Shown: one piece after another, positions 36,224-46,020 of the stretch
Position numbering within the stretch: the first letter of the stretch is position 1
Layout: each line of letters opens with the position of its first letter
Assembly (NCBI GenBank): GCA_046583095.1
Contig: JAYGDB010000008.1
Location: 33,164-97,163 of the forward strand
Source: Myxococcota bacterium
GTDB lineage: Bacteria > Myxococcota_A > UBA9160 > UBA4427
DNA length: 64,000 nucleotides
Direction of reading: 5' to 3'
Made by a program: the position numbers and the translations under genes
The notes under the pieces: generated by a model
Told to the model about the DNA's origin: nothing
Seen by the model: the letters and a program-made list of their open reading frames with translations, nothing else
The model's database searches: none

Positions 36224-37933
36224 GTGCCCGCGACCCCTGATCGGCGGGCCACTGCAGTCGCCCTCGTAGGCGTCACCTGCGCCGCCCTGTTGGCGGGCAG
36301 CGCCCTGCTACGGCCGGGCTTTTACGACTCTCACGACGGCCTCCTCAACGTCCACCGGCTCTTCGAGTTCGAGAAGTGCCTGGCCGATGGCCAGATCCCC
36401 TGCCGCTGGGTTCCCGACATGGGCGCCGGCTACGGCTACCCGCTCTTCAATTTCTATCCGCCGCTTCCGACCGCAGTGGCAGAGGGCTTCCGGCTGCTCG
36501 GCGCCTCGTTGCTCGACGCCATCAAATGGGCGTTCCTGCTGGGACTCGTCGTCGGGGCCCTCGGGATGTTCCGCCTGGCCTCCAGGTTCTTTGGTCCAGC
36601 AGGCGCAGTGCTCGCCGCGGTCCTCTACGTGTTCGCTCCCTACCAGGCCATCGACGTCTTCGTGCGGGGCGCTCTCGGCGAAGCGTGGGGAATGGCGCTC
36701 CTCCCGTTCGTCTTCTTGACAGGCCACCGCTGCCTCACCGAGCCGGGACGAGCCCTCCGTCACGCGCTCCCGTGCGCGCTCTCCTGGGCGGCCCTGCTCC
36801 TCACGCACGACATCGTCGCCTTGATGGCCACCCCGTTCTACGCGGCCTGGTTGTGGGTCAGCTGGCGGACGAGTCGTCGGAGCCCGGGCCCTGCCGTGCT
36901 GGCGCATGCGCTCGCGCTGGGGCTTTCGGCGTTCTTCCTACTGCCGCTCGCGTTCGAGCTGCACCACGTCCACGCCGACACCCTCACTCAGCTGTATCCC
37001 TGGGCACGTTTCGAGAACAACTTCCTCTCCGTGACCCAGCTGCTCGGCGCTCCGAGAGCCTGGGGATACGGCGCCCTCGGCTCTCACAACCCGATGTCCC
37101 TCTTCATCGGCCGGCTCCACTTCCTCCTCGGTGCCGGGGCGATCGGGATATGCGCAATTGCCTGGCTGCGGGAACGGCGAGTCGACACCAGCGGGGCCGC
37201 GGCGCTGACGCTGGGGTCGGCGGCACTCGTGGCCGCGTTCATGATCCTGCCGGCATCGCGCTTCGTCTGGGAGGCGACCCCACCCCTCTCGTTCCTGCAG
37301 TTCCCGTGGCGCTTTCTCGCGATCACGAGCTTCGGCCTCGCGTTTGCCGCCGGCTGGCTCGTGTACTGGACCCGCAACCGCGGCCCCATCCCGCTGGCGA
37401 TCGTCGCCGTCGCGACGATCGCCGCGATCGCCACGAGCTGGGGTTGGTTCCGCCCGTCGGCGATGCACGTCGTACAGGAGCAGGTGCTGGCAAACGAGTG
37501 GGAGATCGCGAAGGCCCGCCACGGACTCTTCGACTTCCTGCCGCGCAGCGTCGATCTCGAGCACTTCCTCGCGAGCCCGCCGGCGCCGCTGCCGCCGCCG
37601 GTCCACGCGCCACCGGGTGTAAGCCTGAGCAAGCTAGAGCGAACCACGAATCGAATCGGCTTCGATGCCCGGGTCCGCGGCGACGAGACGGCGCGGGTTC
37701 GAATCAACGTGTTCGACTTCCCGGGCTGGACCCTCGAGGTCGATGGCCGGCCTGAAAACTTCGCGGCAAGCGACGACCCACTCGGCCGACTCCACCTCAG
37801 CCTGGCGCCGGGCAGCCATAGGGTCGTAGTGCGCTTCGAGAACACGCCGATCCGATCCCTCGCGAACGCCGTCTCCCTCCTCTCGCTCGTCGCGGCCCTC
37901 CTCTGGACGGCCGCCATCATCCGGTCGCGGTAG
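36224..37933 (+). CDS. PTPS-related (6-pyruvoyl-tetrahydropterin-synthase-related domain) integral membrane protein
   Basis: 569 aa, GTG start 1 nt after the upstream stop. YDSHDGLLNVHRLFEFEKCLADGQIPCRWVPDMGAGYGYPLFNFYPPLP matches the N-terminal signature of that family as I recall it. Confidence 0.65.
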   Translation: MPATPDRRATAVALVGVTCAALLAGSALLRPGFYDSHDGLLNVHRLFEFEKCLADGQIPCRWVPDMGAGYGYPLFNFYPPLPTAVAEGFRLLGASLLDAIKWAFLLGLVVGALGMFRLASRFFGPAGAVLAAVLYVFAPYQAIDVFVRGALGEAWGMALLPFVFLTGHRCLTEPGRALRHALPCALSWAALLLTHDIVALMATPFYAAWLWVSWRTSRRSPGPAVLAHALALGLSAFFLLPLAFELHHVHADTLTQLYPWARFENNFLSVTQLLGAPRAWGYGALGSHNPMSLFIGRLHFLLGAGAIGICAIAWLRERRVDTSGAAALTLGSAALVAAFMILPASRFVWEATPPLSFLQFPWRFLAITSFGLAFAAGWLVYWTRNRGPIPLAIVAVATIAAIATSWGWFRPSAMHVVQEQVLANEWEIAKARHGLFDFLPRSVDLEHFLASPPAPLPPPVHAPPGVSLSKLERTTNRIGFDARVRGDETARVRINVFDFPGWTLEVDGRPENFAASDDPLGRLHLSLAPGSHRVVVRFENTPIRSLANAVSLLSLVAALLWTAAIIRSR

Positions 37934-37944
37934 AATCCCCGCTC

Positions 37945-38694
37945 ATGTCGCGGACGTGGATCGTGATCCCCTGCTACAACGAGGCGAATCGGCTTCGCGG
38001 AGACGAATTCTCGCGCTTCGTGAGCGAGCACGCCGACGTTCACTTCGTCTTCGTCGACGACGGCAGTACCGACGCAACCTCGTCCAGGCTGGCCGAGATC
38101 GCGATGTCGAGCCCAGGCTCCTTCGACGTCATCAGCCAATCCTCGAACCGGGGAAAGGCCGAGGCCGTCCGGCGCGGCATCAACCAGGCCTTCGACGGCG
38201 GCGCAACCTATGTAGGCTACTGGGACGCGGACCTCGCGACCCCCCTCGCCGAGATCCCCCGCTTCGTCGAGACGCTCGACGCCCATCCAGACCTCGAGAT
38301 GCTCTTCGGCTCCCGCGTCCAGCTCCTGGGACGCAGGATCGATCGCCGGGCCCGGCGCCACTACCTGGGACGCGTCAGCGCCACCGCCATCTCGCTGACG
38401 CTCGGCCTCGCGGTCTACGACACCCAGTGCGGTGCCAAGCTCTTCCGGGTTTCGCCGGACTGCAAGGCGCTATTTGCCGAGCGCTTCCTCACGAACTGGG
38501 TATTTGACGTGGAGATCATCGCCCGCATGATCGAGAACCGACGCGGTACGGGCCGGCCCGGTCCCGCCGAGGTGATCCGCGAAATCCCACTCTGGGAGTG
38601 GCGCGACGTCGAGGGCTCGCAGGTGAAGCCGCTGGACTTCTTCCGCTGTCTGGCCGAGCTGTTGCGAATCTACCGCCGCTACCTGCGCGGGTAG
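37945..38694 (+). CDS. GT2 glycosyltransferase, Alg5/dolichyl-phosphate glucosyltransferase-like
   Basis: 249 aa; WIVIPCYNEANRL, FVFVDDGSTDAT, NRGKAEAVRRG, YWDADLATP, YDTQCGAKLF. Confidence 0.85.
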   Translation: MSRTWIVIPCYNEANRLRGDEFSRFVSEHADVHFVFVDDGSTDATSSRLAEIAMSSPGSFDVISQSSNRGKAEAVRRGINQAFDGGATYVGYWDADLATPLAEIPRFVETLDAHPDLEMLFGSRVQLLGRRIDRRARRHYLGRVSATAISLTLGLAVYDTQCGAKLFRVSPDCKALFAERFLTNWVFDVEIIARMIENRRGTGRPGPAEVIREIPLWEWRDVEGSQVKPLDFFRCLAELLRIYRRYLRG

Positions 38695-40220
38695 ACGCTC
38701 AGCCGCCAGATCGCGCCGAACCGGCCCGGAGCGAAGAGCGGAGCACGAGTCGCGAGACGAATGTCTTCGTAGAGCGCGTGATGAGCCGGGGCGGCCAGGA
38801 GGTTCGCGTCCTGCTCGAGGCTATCGCGATAGCCACGGGGAACCCGGCGGAAGTAGTGCCCGACGCGCCACCTCGTAGGATCGATCATCGGCATGCGTGC
38901 GAGCAGCGGGTCCGAAAGCGCGCAGCGATCTGCCAGGAAGGTCGCGCGACAAGCGCTGAAACTCTCGTACCCCAGCTCGCCGCAGACGCTGCGAATCACC
39001 ACCGGGGCGCTGTCTTCGCGACATCGAGAACCCGCCGTCAGCTCGCGCTCCGCCTCCCGGGCGAGCAAACCGCGCCGCCGGTAGTAGAAGCCCCGCTCGT
39101 CCGAGATCCCCCGGTCCGCCAGGACCTGGGCCTCGTCGCGGTTCTCGTAGTCCCGGCCCGCGCGAAGCGGCGAAAGCGGGTTCATCAGCGACACCACCAG
39201 ACACAGGAGTGCGAGCCCACCGAACCCCGCCGCCGGCCAAGCGACACGGGCCAACAGGGCGACGGCCGCGAAGAACGGCGGCGCGAGCAAGCGGCCGGCC
39301 ATGAAGTCCCCGCCAATCTCGACCAAGTAGAGGAGTTGCAGGACGATTCCGGCCGCGACGGCCGCCGCCGAGAAGCTCCGCCGCCGAGCCGCTACGACCG
39401 CCGCGAGGCAGAGCGAGATCAGGATCACTGCCGGAGTCACGATGTCGAAACGAAACGAGTGTCCCAGGAAGAACAGGCCCTGTTCGCGAAGGAGCGCGCC
39501 CTCGATGCCCGTCGTCAACTTCGCATAGAAGGTGTTGGGAAGCGGCGTGCCGTAGTAGAAAGTCGCGAAGACGAGCCACGACAGGGCCGGGGTGAAGCCC
39601 AGCAGCAGCGATGCCAACCAGCTGCGCGTCGGCGTCGGGCCTCGGACTTCGCCCGCGATCGAGAGCAGCAGCGGGGGCAGCAGCAGCAGGACCGAGTCCA
39701 TCCGGTTCACGAAGGCCAGCGAGGTGACCAGCGCGAGCGCGCCGAGTCTCCTCGGCTCCGACAGTGCCAGGTGGATACCGATCGCCAGCAGCAGGTAGGA
39801 AAGGGGAGTTTCGAGGCCGGAGGTCGTGTAGTCGACGAAGGCCTTGGAAGAGAGCAGGCAAGCTCCGGCCGCCGAGGCCGCGAGCCAACGCCCCTCTCGC
39901 ACCGGGACGACCAGGAGACCGGCCACGGCCACAGAGGAGACCACGAGCGAGACGAGCATCGGTGTATAGAACGCTTCGCCCGTCGCGAGGTAGACCGGCG
40001 CGAGCAGGAAGAGCCAGAGGGGATGCGTATACGACTGGACCCGTTCGGCCAGGTTGAAGCGAAGGCCGTCGCCATTCACGAAGTGCTCGAGCGTGCGGAA
40101 GGTGATGAGGCCGTCGTCCGACAGCCACGCGCTCTGCACCATCATCCACGCGAGCACGAGCGAGGTGGCAGCAAAGAGGAGTTGCCAGCGGCGCGAGTCG
40201 GGCAAGACGCGGCGAAGCAT
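38679..40220 (-). CDS. Polytopic GT-C-like membrane protein (DD-x-ITFR first-loop type)
   Basis: Start ATG 40220 (MLRRVLPDSRRWQLLF) or ATG 40277. AWLSDDGLITFRTLEHFVNGDGLRFNLAERVQSYTHPLW. 16-nt convergent overlap with 37945-38694. Confidence 0.6.
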   Translation of the reverse strand: MLRRVLPDSRRWQLLFAATSLVLAWMMVQSAWLSDDGLITFRTLEHFVNGDGLRFNLAERVQSYTHPLWLFLLAPVYLATGEAFYTPMLVSLVVSSVAVAGLLVVPVREGRWLAASAAGACLLSSKAFVDYTTSGLETPLSYLLLAIGIHLALSEPRRLGALALVTSLAFVNRMDSVLLLLPPLLLSIAGEVRGPTPTRSWLASLLLGFTPALSWLVFATFYYGTPLPNTFYAKLTTGIEGALLREQGLFFLGHSFRFDIVTPAVILISLCLAAVVAARRRSFSAAAVAAGIVLQLLYLVEIGGDFMAGRLLAPPFFAAVALLARVAWPAAGFGGLALLCLVVSLMNPLSPLRAGRDYENRDEAQVLADRGISDERGFYYRRRGLLAREAERELTAGSRCREDSAPVVIRSVCGELGYESFSACRATFLADRCALSDPLLARMPMIDPTRWRVGHYFRRVPRGYRDSLEQDANLLAAPAHHALYEDIRLATRAPLFAPGRFGAIWRLSVYPRR

Positions 40221-40264
40221 ACTACAGTTGGGCCTCTCCCCTGGATGCCCCCGCTTCCGAGAGC

Positions 40265-42253
40265 GTGCCCGTGACATCCATCAGCCGCTGGCAACTCGTA
40301 CTCGCGTTGGCAGCCGTCGCCGCTTCGGCCGCGTGGATCGTCGATGCGACGCTGCGGAACCCGAACATCCCGTTCCTCCCAGCGGTGGACGACCCCGAAT
40401 GGATCGGTGTGCATGCCCCGACCGATACCGACGCGATCCAGGTCGATCGCAGGAATGTCCCTAGTTACACGTTCTCGACGCGCTTCGCTCTCGACGCGGT
40501 GGCTCCCAACACCGTCGTCCGCACGCGATCACTAGGCAAGCTCGAACTCCGCATCAACGGGGCCCTCGTCTGGAAGTCCGATCCCACGACCAGCTGGAAG
40601 CGCGAGGCGGTCGCCTCCGTGGCCGAGCTGCTCCGATCCGGCGACAACGAGATCCGCGCGCGCGTCTCGAACGCGCGAGGCCCGGCGCTGCTGCAGCTGC
40701 GCCTGGAAGATGGCGACCGCAGGATCCTCGAGACCGACTCGAGCTGGCGGGCGATCGGCCCGGGCTCGAGGAGCTTCGGCAGCGTGCGCGCGAGCGACAC
40801 GCGCCTCGACCCCCAGTCCTCATCGCTGCCGGGGAGCGGCACGATACGGGTCCGCCACGCAGCCGCGCTGGGGCTCTTCTTCGGGCTGGGGGCGCTCGGC
40901 CATCTCGCGATCCGTCGCCGCCTCTCGGAGCGCGCGCTCGCGCGCGCTCCCGAAGCGGTTCTCGCCCTCGCGACGCTCTTCTGGCTGCTCGTCTACATGT
41001 TCAAGAGCACGAGCCTGCCCGTGCTGATGGGCTTCGACATCGTCGGGCATCTCGCGTACATCGACTTCCTGCGCGAGCACGGCGCGCTCCCGCTCGCGAC
41101 CGATGGGGGGTCGATGTACCACCCACCCCTCGGCCACGCGGTGATTGCCGGGCTCGCCGGCCTCTTCGATCTCGCCCGGGAAGAGCCGGCGAGCCGATGG
41201 CTCTACCGCCTCCCGACCTTCGTGGCCGGCCTCGGAAACGTCTGGGCGGTGTGGTTTGTCGCGCGACGCCTCTTCGACCGCGACCCGCTGCGCACGAGCC
41301 TCGCGGTCGGCTTCGCAGGACTGCTCCCGATGAACGTCTACATGAGCGCCTACGTGTCGAACGAGCCTGTCCACAGCTTCCTGGTGAGCGTTTCCCTGTG
41401 CATCGCTTGCGTGCTGCTGCTGACGCCGGGTGCCGCTCGATCCCGTGTCGCCGGTCTCTCCGTAGCTCTCGGGCTCGCCATCCTCACGAAGTTCACCGCG
41501 CTGATTGCGGTTCCGATCGTCGGGCTCTTCCTCGCCGCAAAGCTGTGGATCGTGGACCGCGCGACGCCGCTCCGCGCCCTCGCAACGAGCGCCGCGATGG
41601 GAGTCGGCGTCGCGGCCGTCGGTGGCTGGGTGTACCTGCGCAACTGGCGCCACTTCGGGCGCCCCGTCGTCGGCAACTGGGACCTCCCGGGAGATCTCGC
41701 GTGGTGGGAGCAGCCGGGGTTCCACACCGCGGACTACTACACGAGCTTCGGCCAGTCCCTCTCGCATCCCTTCTTCGCGGGCTACGCGTCCTTCTGGGAC
41801 GGCGTCTACTCGACCTTCTGGGGCGATGGGCTCGTCGCCGGGATGCTGCGTCTATCCACGCGGCACGATGCCTGGAATTACGATTTCATGACGGCGAGTT
41901 ACTGGCTCGCCTTCCCCGCGACGCTCGCGCTGATGCTGGGGTTCGTCCGCGCTCTGCGCTTCTGCGTGGCAGGCAGCGACCTGCGTCGGCGTCTGGCGAT
42001 GAGCATGCTGGTGGTCTTCCTGTACGCGGCGTGCTTCGCACTCCTCGCAATCACGTTCCAGCTCCCCTATTACGCCCAGGCGAAGGCGTTCTACCTGCTG
42101 TCGGCCATCGTTCCGCTGTGCCTCATCGCGGCGCTCGGGCTCAGTTGGGTGTTCGAGCGCTTCTCGGAACCGCGTTGGCTCTTCGTCCAGACGATCTACT
42201 GCGGCTGGCTGGGAAGCCTGGCCGGAGCGCTCATCCTCTCCTTCCTCGGCTAG
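40265..42253 (+). CDS. GT39/PMT_2-like GT-C membrane protein with extra N-terminal extracytoplasmic domain
   Basis: 662 aa, GTG start. One TM, then a ~170-aa soluble-looking domain, then FDIVGHLAYIDFLREHGALPLATDGGSMYHPPLGHAVIAGL and a polytopic region. Confidence 0.7.
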   Translation: MPVTSISRWQLVLALAAVAASAAWIVDATLRNPNIPFLPAVDDPEWIGVHAPTDTDAIQVDRRNVPSYTFSTRFALDAVAPNTVVRTRSLGKLELRINGALVWKSDPTTSWKREAVASVAELLRSGDNEIRARVSNARGPALLQLRLEDGDRRILETDSSWRAIGPGSRSFGSVRASDTRLDPQSSSLPGSGTIRVRHAAALGLFFGLGALGHLAIRRRLSERALARAPEAVLALATLFWLLVYMFKSTSLPVLMGFDIVGHLAYIDFLREHGALPLATDGGSMYHPPLGHAVIAGLAGLFDLAREEPASRWLYRLPTFVAGLGNVWAVWFVARRLFDRDPLRTSLAVGFAGLLPMNVYMSAYVSNEPVHSFLVSVSLCIACVLLLTPGAARSRVAGLSVALGLAILTKFTALIAVPIVGLFLAAKLWIVDRATPLRALATSAAMGVGVAAVGGWVYLRNWRHFGRPVVGNWDLPGDLAWWEQPGFHTADYYTSFGQSLSHPFFAGYASFWDGVYSTFWGDGLVAGMLRLSTRHDAWNYDFMTASYWLAFPATLALMLGFVRALRFCVAGSDLRRRLAMSMLVVFLYAACFALLAITFQLPYYAQAKAFYLLSAIVPLCLIAALGLSWVFERFSEPRWLFVQTIYCGWLGSLAGALILSFLG

Positions 42254-42308
42254 CGCCGAGACCTGAGGTTCGAGGCAAGACAGGTCGCGTTGCACCGGCT
42301 CGCGTCGG

Positions 42309-44507
42309 TCAGGCGGGCTCCAGGTTCGCGTAGCGGACCATCACCGTCTTGATGCCCGCTCGGTCGAACCGGATCTTGAGCTTCTGGTCGAGCCCCTCGC
42401 CGATCACCGCGTCGATGGTGCCGAGCCCGAAGACCGAGTGCCGCACCCGCATTCCGGGCTGGATCCCGTCGTCGTAGGTCTCCTGGGCGTAGGAATGATC
42501 GAGGTGACCTGAATCGGCCGCACGTCGGCGGGATCCGCGAGGGCGCCGCGGCGCGCCCGGGCTCGTCTGCACATCCATCAACTCTTCCGGCACCTCGCGC
42601 AGGAAGCGCGACGGGGACTGGAAGCTGGAGCTACCGAAGCGCCGCCGTTCCCGCGCACAGGTCATGAAGAGCTGCTCCATCGCACGGGTCATGCCGACGT
42701 AGCAGAGCCGACGCTCCTCCTCGAGACCCTCGTCGTCGTAGGAGGACGACGCGTGGGGGAAGATGCCCTCCTCCATGCCGACGAGGAAGACCACCGCGTA
42801 CTCGAGCCCCTTGGAGGAGTGAGCGGTCATCAGCGAGACGCTCTGGGGCTTGTGCTCGTAGTTGTCGAGATCCGAGATGAGTGCGACCTGGTCGAGATAC
42901 AGCTCGAGTTCGCTGCGCTCCTCGTCCTGCACCTCGGCGTTCGCCGTGTGGAAATCCTCCGCACTCGAGATCAGCTCGCGCAGGTTGTCGATACGCACTT
43001 CCGCGTCCGGGTTCTCCTGCATCACGAGCGCCTTCATGTAGCCGCTGCGCTCGAGTACCTCCGACAGGATCTCGTCGACCGGACGCTCCGCGAAGTGCTC
43101 CAGCTCACCGAGCATGTCGAGAAATTCGCGCAGCCGGGTCGCTGTACGCTTGGCTGCGCCCGCTTCGGCAAACAGACGAAGCCCTTCGCGAAGCGACACG
43201 TCTCGCTCGATCGCCAGCGCCTCGGCACGCTCCATCGTCGTCTTGCCGATCCCACGCGTGGGCTTGTTGACGATCCGGCGCAGGGCCTGGGCGTCCTCGG
43301 GGTTCACCACCAGCCGCAGGTAGCAGAGAACGTCCTTGATCTCGGCTCGCTCGTAGAAGCGCACCCCGCCCACGACGACGTAGGGCAGGTCGTACTTCAG
43401 TAGTTCCTCTTCGAAGCAGCGCGACTGCGAGTTTGTCCGGTAGAGGATCGCGTAGTCGCCCAGCGAGCGACCCTCGCTGCGCGCTCCCTGGAGGATGTGC
43501 CCGACCACGTAGGCGGCTTCGTCGCGCTCGTCCTCGGACTCGAAGAAGCGAATCAGCTCGCCCCCCTCCCGCTCGGTGAACATGCTCTTCTTCTTGCGCC
43601 CGAGGTTGTTCTCGACCACCGCCGTCGCGCCGGACAAGATCGGCTGGGTCGACCGGTAGTTCCGCTCGAGCTTGATCACCTTCGCGTTGGCGTAGTCGCG
43701 CTCGAAGTCGAGGATGTTGCGAATGTCGGCACCACGCCACGCGTACACGCTCTGATCCGGATCCCCCACCACGCAGAGGTTCTCTTGCGTTCCCGTCAGC
43801 TGCTTGACCAGGTCGTACTGCACGCGGTTGGTGTCCTGGTATTCGTCCACAAGGATGTACTGCCAGCGACGCTGGTAGTAGGCGAGAACCCGGGGAGCGC
43901 GTTTGAAGAGTTCGCGGGTCTGCAGCAGCAGGTCGCCGAAATCGAGGGCATTCGCGTCGAAGAGGAGCCGCTGGTACGTCGCGTAGAGCTCCGCGGTCAG
44001 CTCATCGTCGATGTCGCTCGCCTGGGCGGCGGCCTGCGCCGGCAGGAGCCCCTGGTTCTTCCACTCGTCGATCCGCCAGCGGAGCTTCTTGGGCTCGTAC
44101 TGCCGCGGATCGAGGCCGTGGCGCTTGAGTACCTGCTTCGAGATGCCCAGGCTGTCGGCGTCATCGTAGATCACGAAACCGCGCGAGCGTTCGAGGGCGC
44201 CGATGTCTCGCCGCAGGATGCGTACGCACATCGAGTGAAAGGTCGAGATCCACAGCCCACCCGGCGTCGGTCCGAGCATCTTCTCCACCCGGTCGCGCAT
44301 CTCGCCCGCCGCCTTGTTGGTGAACGTGACCGCCAGGAGCGACTCCACGGGGATGCCGCAGACGCCGATCAGGTAGGCGATACGACTCGTAAGGACCCTC
44401 GTCTTCCCGCTGCCGGCACCCGCGAGCACGAGCAGTGGGCCCTCGGTGGTCTCGACGGCGCGGCGCTGTTCGGGGTTCAAACCCTCGAGAATCGAATCGG
44501 CAAGCAA
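42309..44507 (-). CDS. uvrD: ATP-dependent DNA helicase, UvrD/PcrA family
   Basis: 732 aa, TTG start. LNPEQRRAVETTEGPLLVLAGAGSGKTRVLTSRIAYL, VTFTNKAAGEM, LVDEYQDTN, C-terminal VRHSVFGLGTI. Confidence 0.9.
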   Translation of the reverse strand: MLADSILEGLNPEQRRAVETTEGPLLVLAGAGSGKTRVLTSRIAYLIGVCGIPVESLLAVTFTNKAAGEMRDRVEKMLGPTPGGLWISTFHSMCVRILRRDIGALERSRGFVIYDDADSLGISKQVLKRHGLDPRQYEPKKLRWRIDEWKNQGLLPAQAAAQASDIDDELTAELYATYQRLLFDANALDFGDLLLQTRELFKRAPRVLAYYQRRWQYILVDEYQDTNRVQYDLVKQLTGTQENLCVVGDPDQSVYAWRGADIRNILDFERDYANAKVIKLERNYRSTQPILSGATAVVENNLGRKKKSMFTEREGGELIRFFESEDERDEAAYVVGHILQGARSEGRSLGDYAILYRTNSQSRCFEEELLKYDLPYVVVGGVRFYERAEIKDVLCYLRLVVNPEDAQALRRIVNKPTRGIGKTTMERAEALAIERDVSLREGLRLFAEAGAAKRTATRLREFLDMLGELEHFAERPVDEILSEVLERSGYMKALVMQENPDAEVRIDNLRELISSAEDFHTANAEVQDEERSELELYLDQVALISDLDNYEHKPQSVSLMTAHSSKGLEYAVVFLVGMEEGIFPHASSSYDDEGLEEERRLCYVGMTRAMEQLFMTCARERRRFGSSSFQSPSRFLREVPEELMDVQTSPGAPRRPRGSRRRAADSGHLDHSYAQETYDDGIQPGMRVRHSVFGLGTIDAVIGEGLDQKLKIRFDRAGIKTVMVRYANLEPA

Positions 44508-44562
44508 GGAGTCTCGCTTCTGATGGGGTGGGGGGGCAGAGTAATCGACCGCCCGCTCGTCC

Positions 44563-46011
44563 TCAACGCAGGGGCATCAACCACCTCTCCGGATCGATCT
44601 GCTGGAGGAACCACGGGAAGTCGCCGTAGAGATAGAAAGCCGCCACGCCGGCGACGAGCCAGGGCCGCGCCTTCTCGGGAGCCAGTTCGCCAATACCGTA
44701 CGCGACGAGACCGTAGATCGGAACCAGCACCGGGAAGATGTAGCGGCCCTGCAGGCCCAACTCGATGAAGCGCGAGGCCTGGTAGTTCGGGTAATTGACG
44801 AACCACATCAGTATCAATGCGTAGCCAGCGGCCAGGAAGGCAGCGTCCGCTGGAACTCCGTGACTCGCGCCGGGACGCCAGCGCCAGGCCAGCAGGAGCG
44901 CGGCGAGCAGGAAGACCGCCGTGTAGGCGTAGATCGCATCGTCGCTCTTCTCGACCCGCCGGTGGCCCAGGTACCCCACGCTGCTCTTGAGAATGCGCCA
45001 GCTCCACTGCCCCACGTACTGGATCCGTCCACTCACAGACGAGGCTGGACGCTGCGCGGCCTTCAGCAGGATGATCGTGTCGCGGCGATCGCCCAGGTGG
45101 CGGATCTTCCGCGAGAGGCGGCGCGCCTCGCCGACGGTGATCTCGCCCGCCCGAAAGCGTTCGAGGATGCGAGCACGCGCGAAGACCCGGTTCTGCATGG
45201 CATTTTCCTCGCCGACGACCTGGTCGAAGGCGGGCGACAGACTTCGGTACTGGAGCAGGTTGCCGCCGAAGAGAGCCAGCGCGAGACCGCCGAGGATCAG
45301 CACCGTCGCGAGCAGTGCCCAGGTGCTCGCGGTCGCAGCCCGGAACGCTGCGGTGGTGTGCTCGACGAGATTGCCGAGGTGACTCCGCTCGCGAAAGAGC
45401 ATCCAGACGACGAGCAGGAAACCCAGGGGCAGAAAGGTGCGCTTGGCGAGACAGCCCGCCAGCACCAGCGCAACGAAGGCCAGCAGCCACTCCGCGCTTC
45501 GCCGGCTGCGGAAGCGGGTGAACGCCAGTACGGAAGCAGCGGCCAGCAGATTCGCCCCGTTGTCGTAGCTCACGCTGCCGGCCAGCCCCGTGAGCATCAA
45601 GGTGTTCGTCACGAGCACTCCGAACAACACCCGCGCCCACGGGCTGCGGCACCACTCCTGAACCCACAGGATGGCGAGGACCGCCGTCGCGAGACCGAGC
45701 ACACCGTTCATCAGGCGCACGAAGAAGAGATCCGGGATCGGAAAGACGTTGAGGGCGACCGTCCGCGCCATCCCCCAGTAGTAGAGCCAGGGGCGGTGGT
45801 CGAGAAGCCCGTACTCGAAGCTCGCGGGGCCGTTTTCAGGCACGCCCCAGGAGTTCGCGTAGGCGAGCACCCGGCCGATGTGGGTGATCTCGTCCGGAGG
45901 CACATAGGGGTGGATGCGCAACGCGAGCCAGACGACGCGCGCCGCGAAGTACGCGAGCAGCAGCCCGTAGACCGCGAGCTCCCACCGTTCGGGCTTGGAC
46001 CGGGAGCTCAA
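44563..46011 (-). CDS. Polytopic membrane protein, GT-C-like
   Basis: 482 aa; first loop IHPYVPPDEITHIGRVLAYANSWG; many TM helices; starts 9 nt after the glmS stop. Confidence 0.6.
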   Translation of the reverse strand: MSSRSKPERWELAVYGLLLAYFAARVVWLALRIHPYVPPDEITHIGRVLAYANSWGVPENGPASFEYGLLDHRPWLYYWGMARTVALNVFPIPDLFFVRLMNGVLGLATAVLAILWVQEWCRSPWARVLFGVLVTNTLMLTGLAGSVSYDNGANLLAAASVLAFTRFRSRRSAEWLLAFVALVLAGCLAKRTFLPLGFLLVVWMLFRERSHLGNLVEHTTAAFRAATASTWALLATVLILGGLALALFGGNLLQYRSLSPAFDQVVGEENAMQNRVFARARILERFRAGEITVGEARRLSRKIRHLGDRRDTIILLKAAQRPASSVSGRIQYVGQWSWRILKSSVGYLGHRRVEKSDDAIYAYTAVFLLAALLLAWRWRPGASHGVPADAAFLAAGYALILMWFVNYPNYQASRFIELGLQGRYIFPVLVPIYGLVAYGIGELAPEKARPWLVAGVAAFYLYGDFPWFLQQIDPERWLMPLR

Positions 46012-46020
46012 GGCCGGCTT

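Noticed and set aside
37695-37705. tRNA T-arm-like string GGGTTCGAATC
   Set aside because: It lies inside the PTPS-related CDS (coding ARVRINVF). No acceptor or anticodon stems can be drawn around it.
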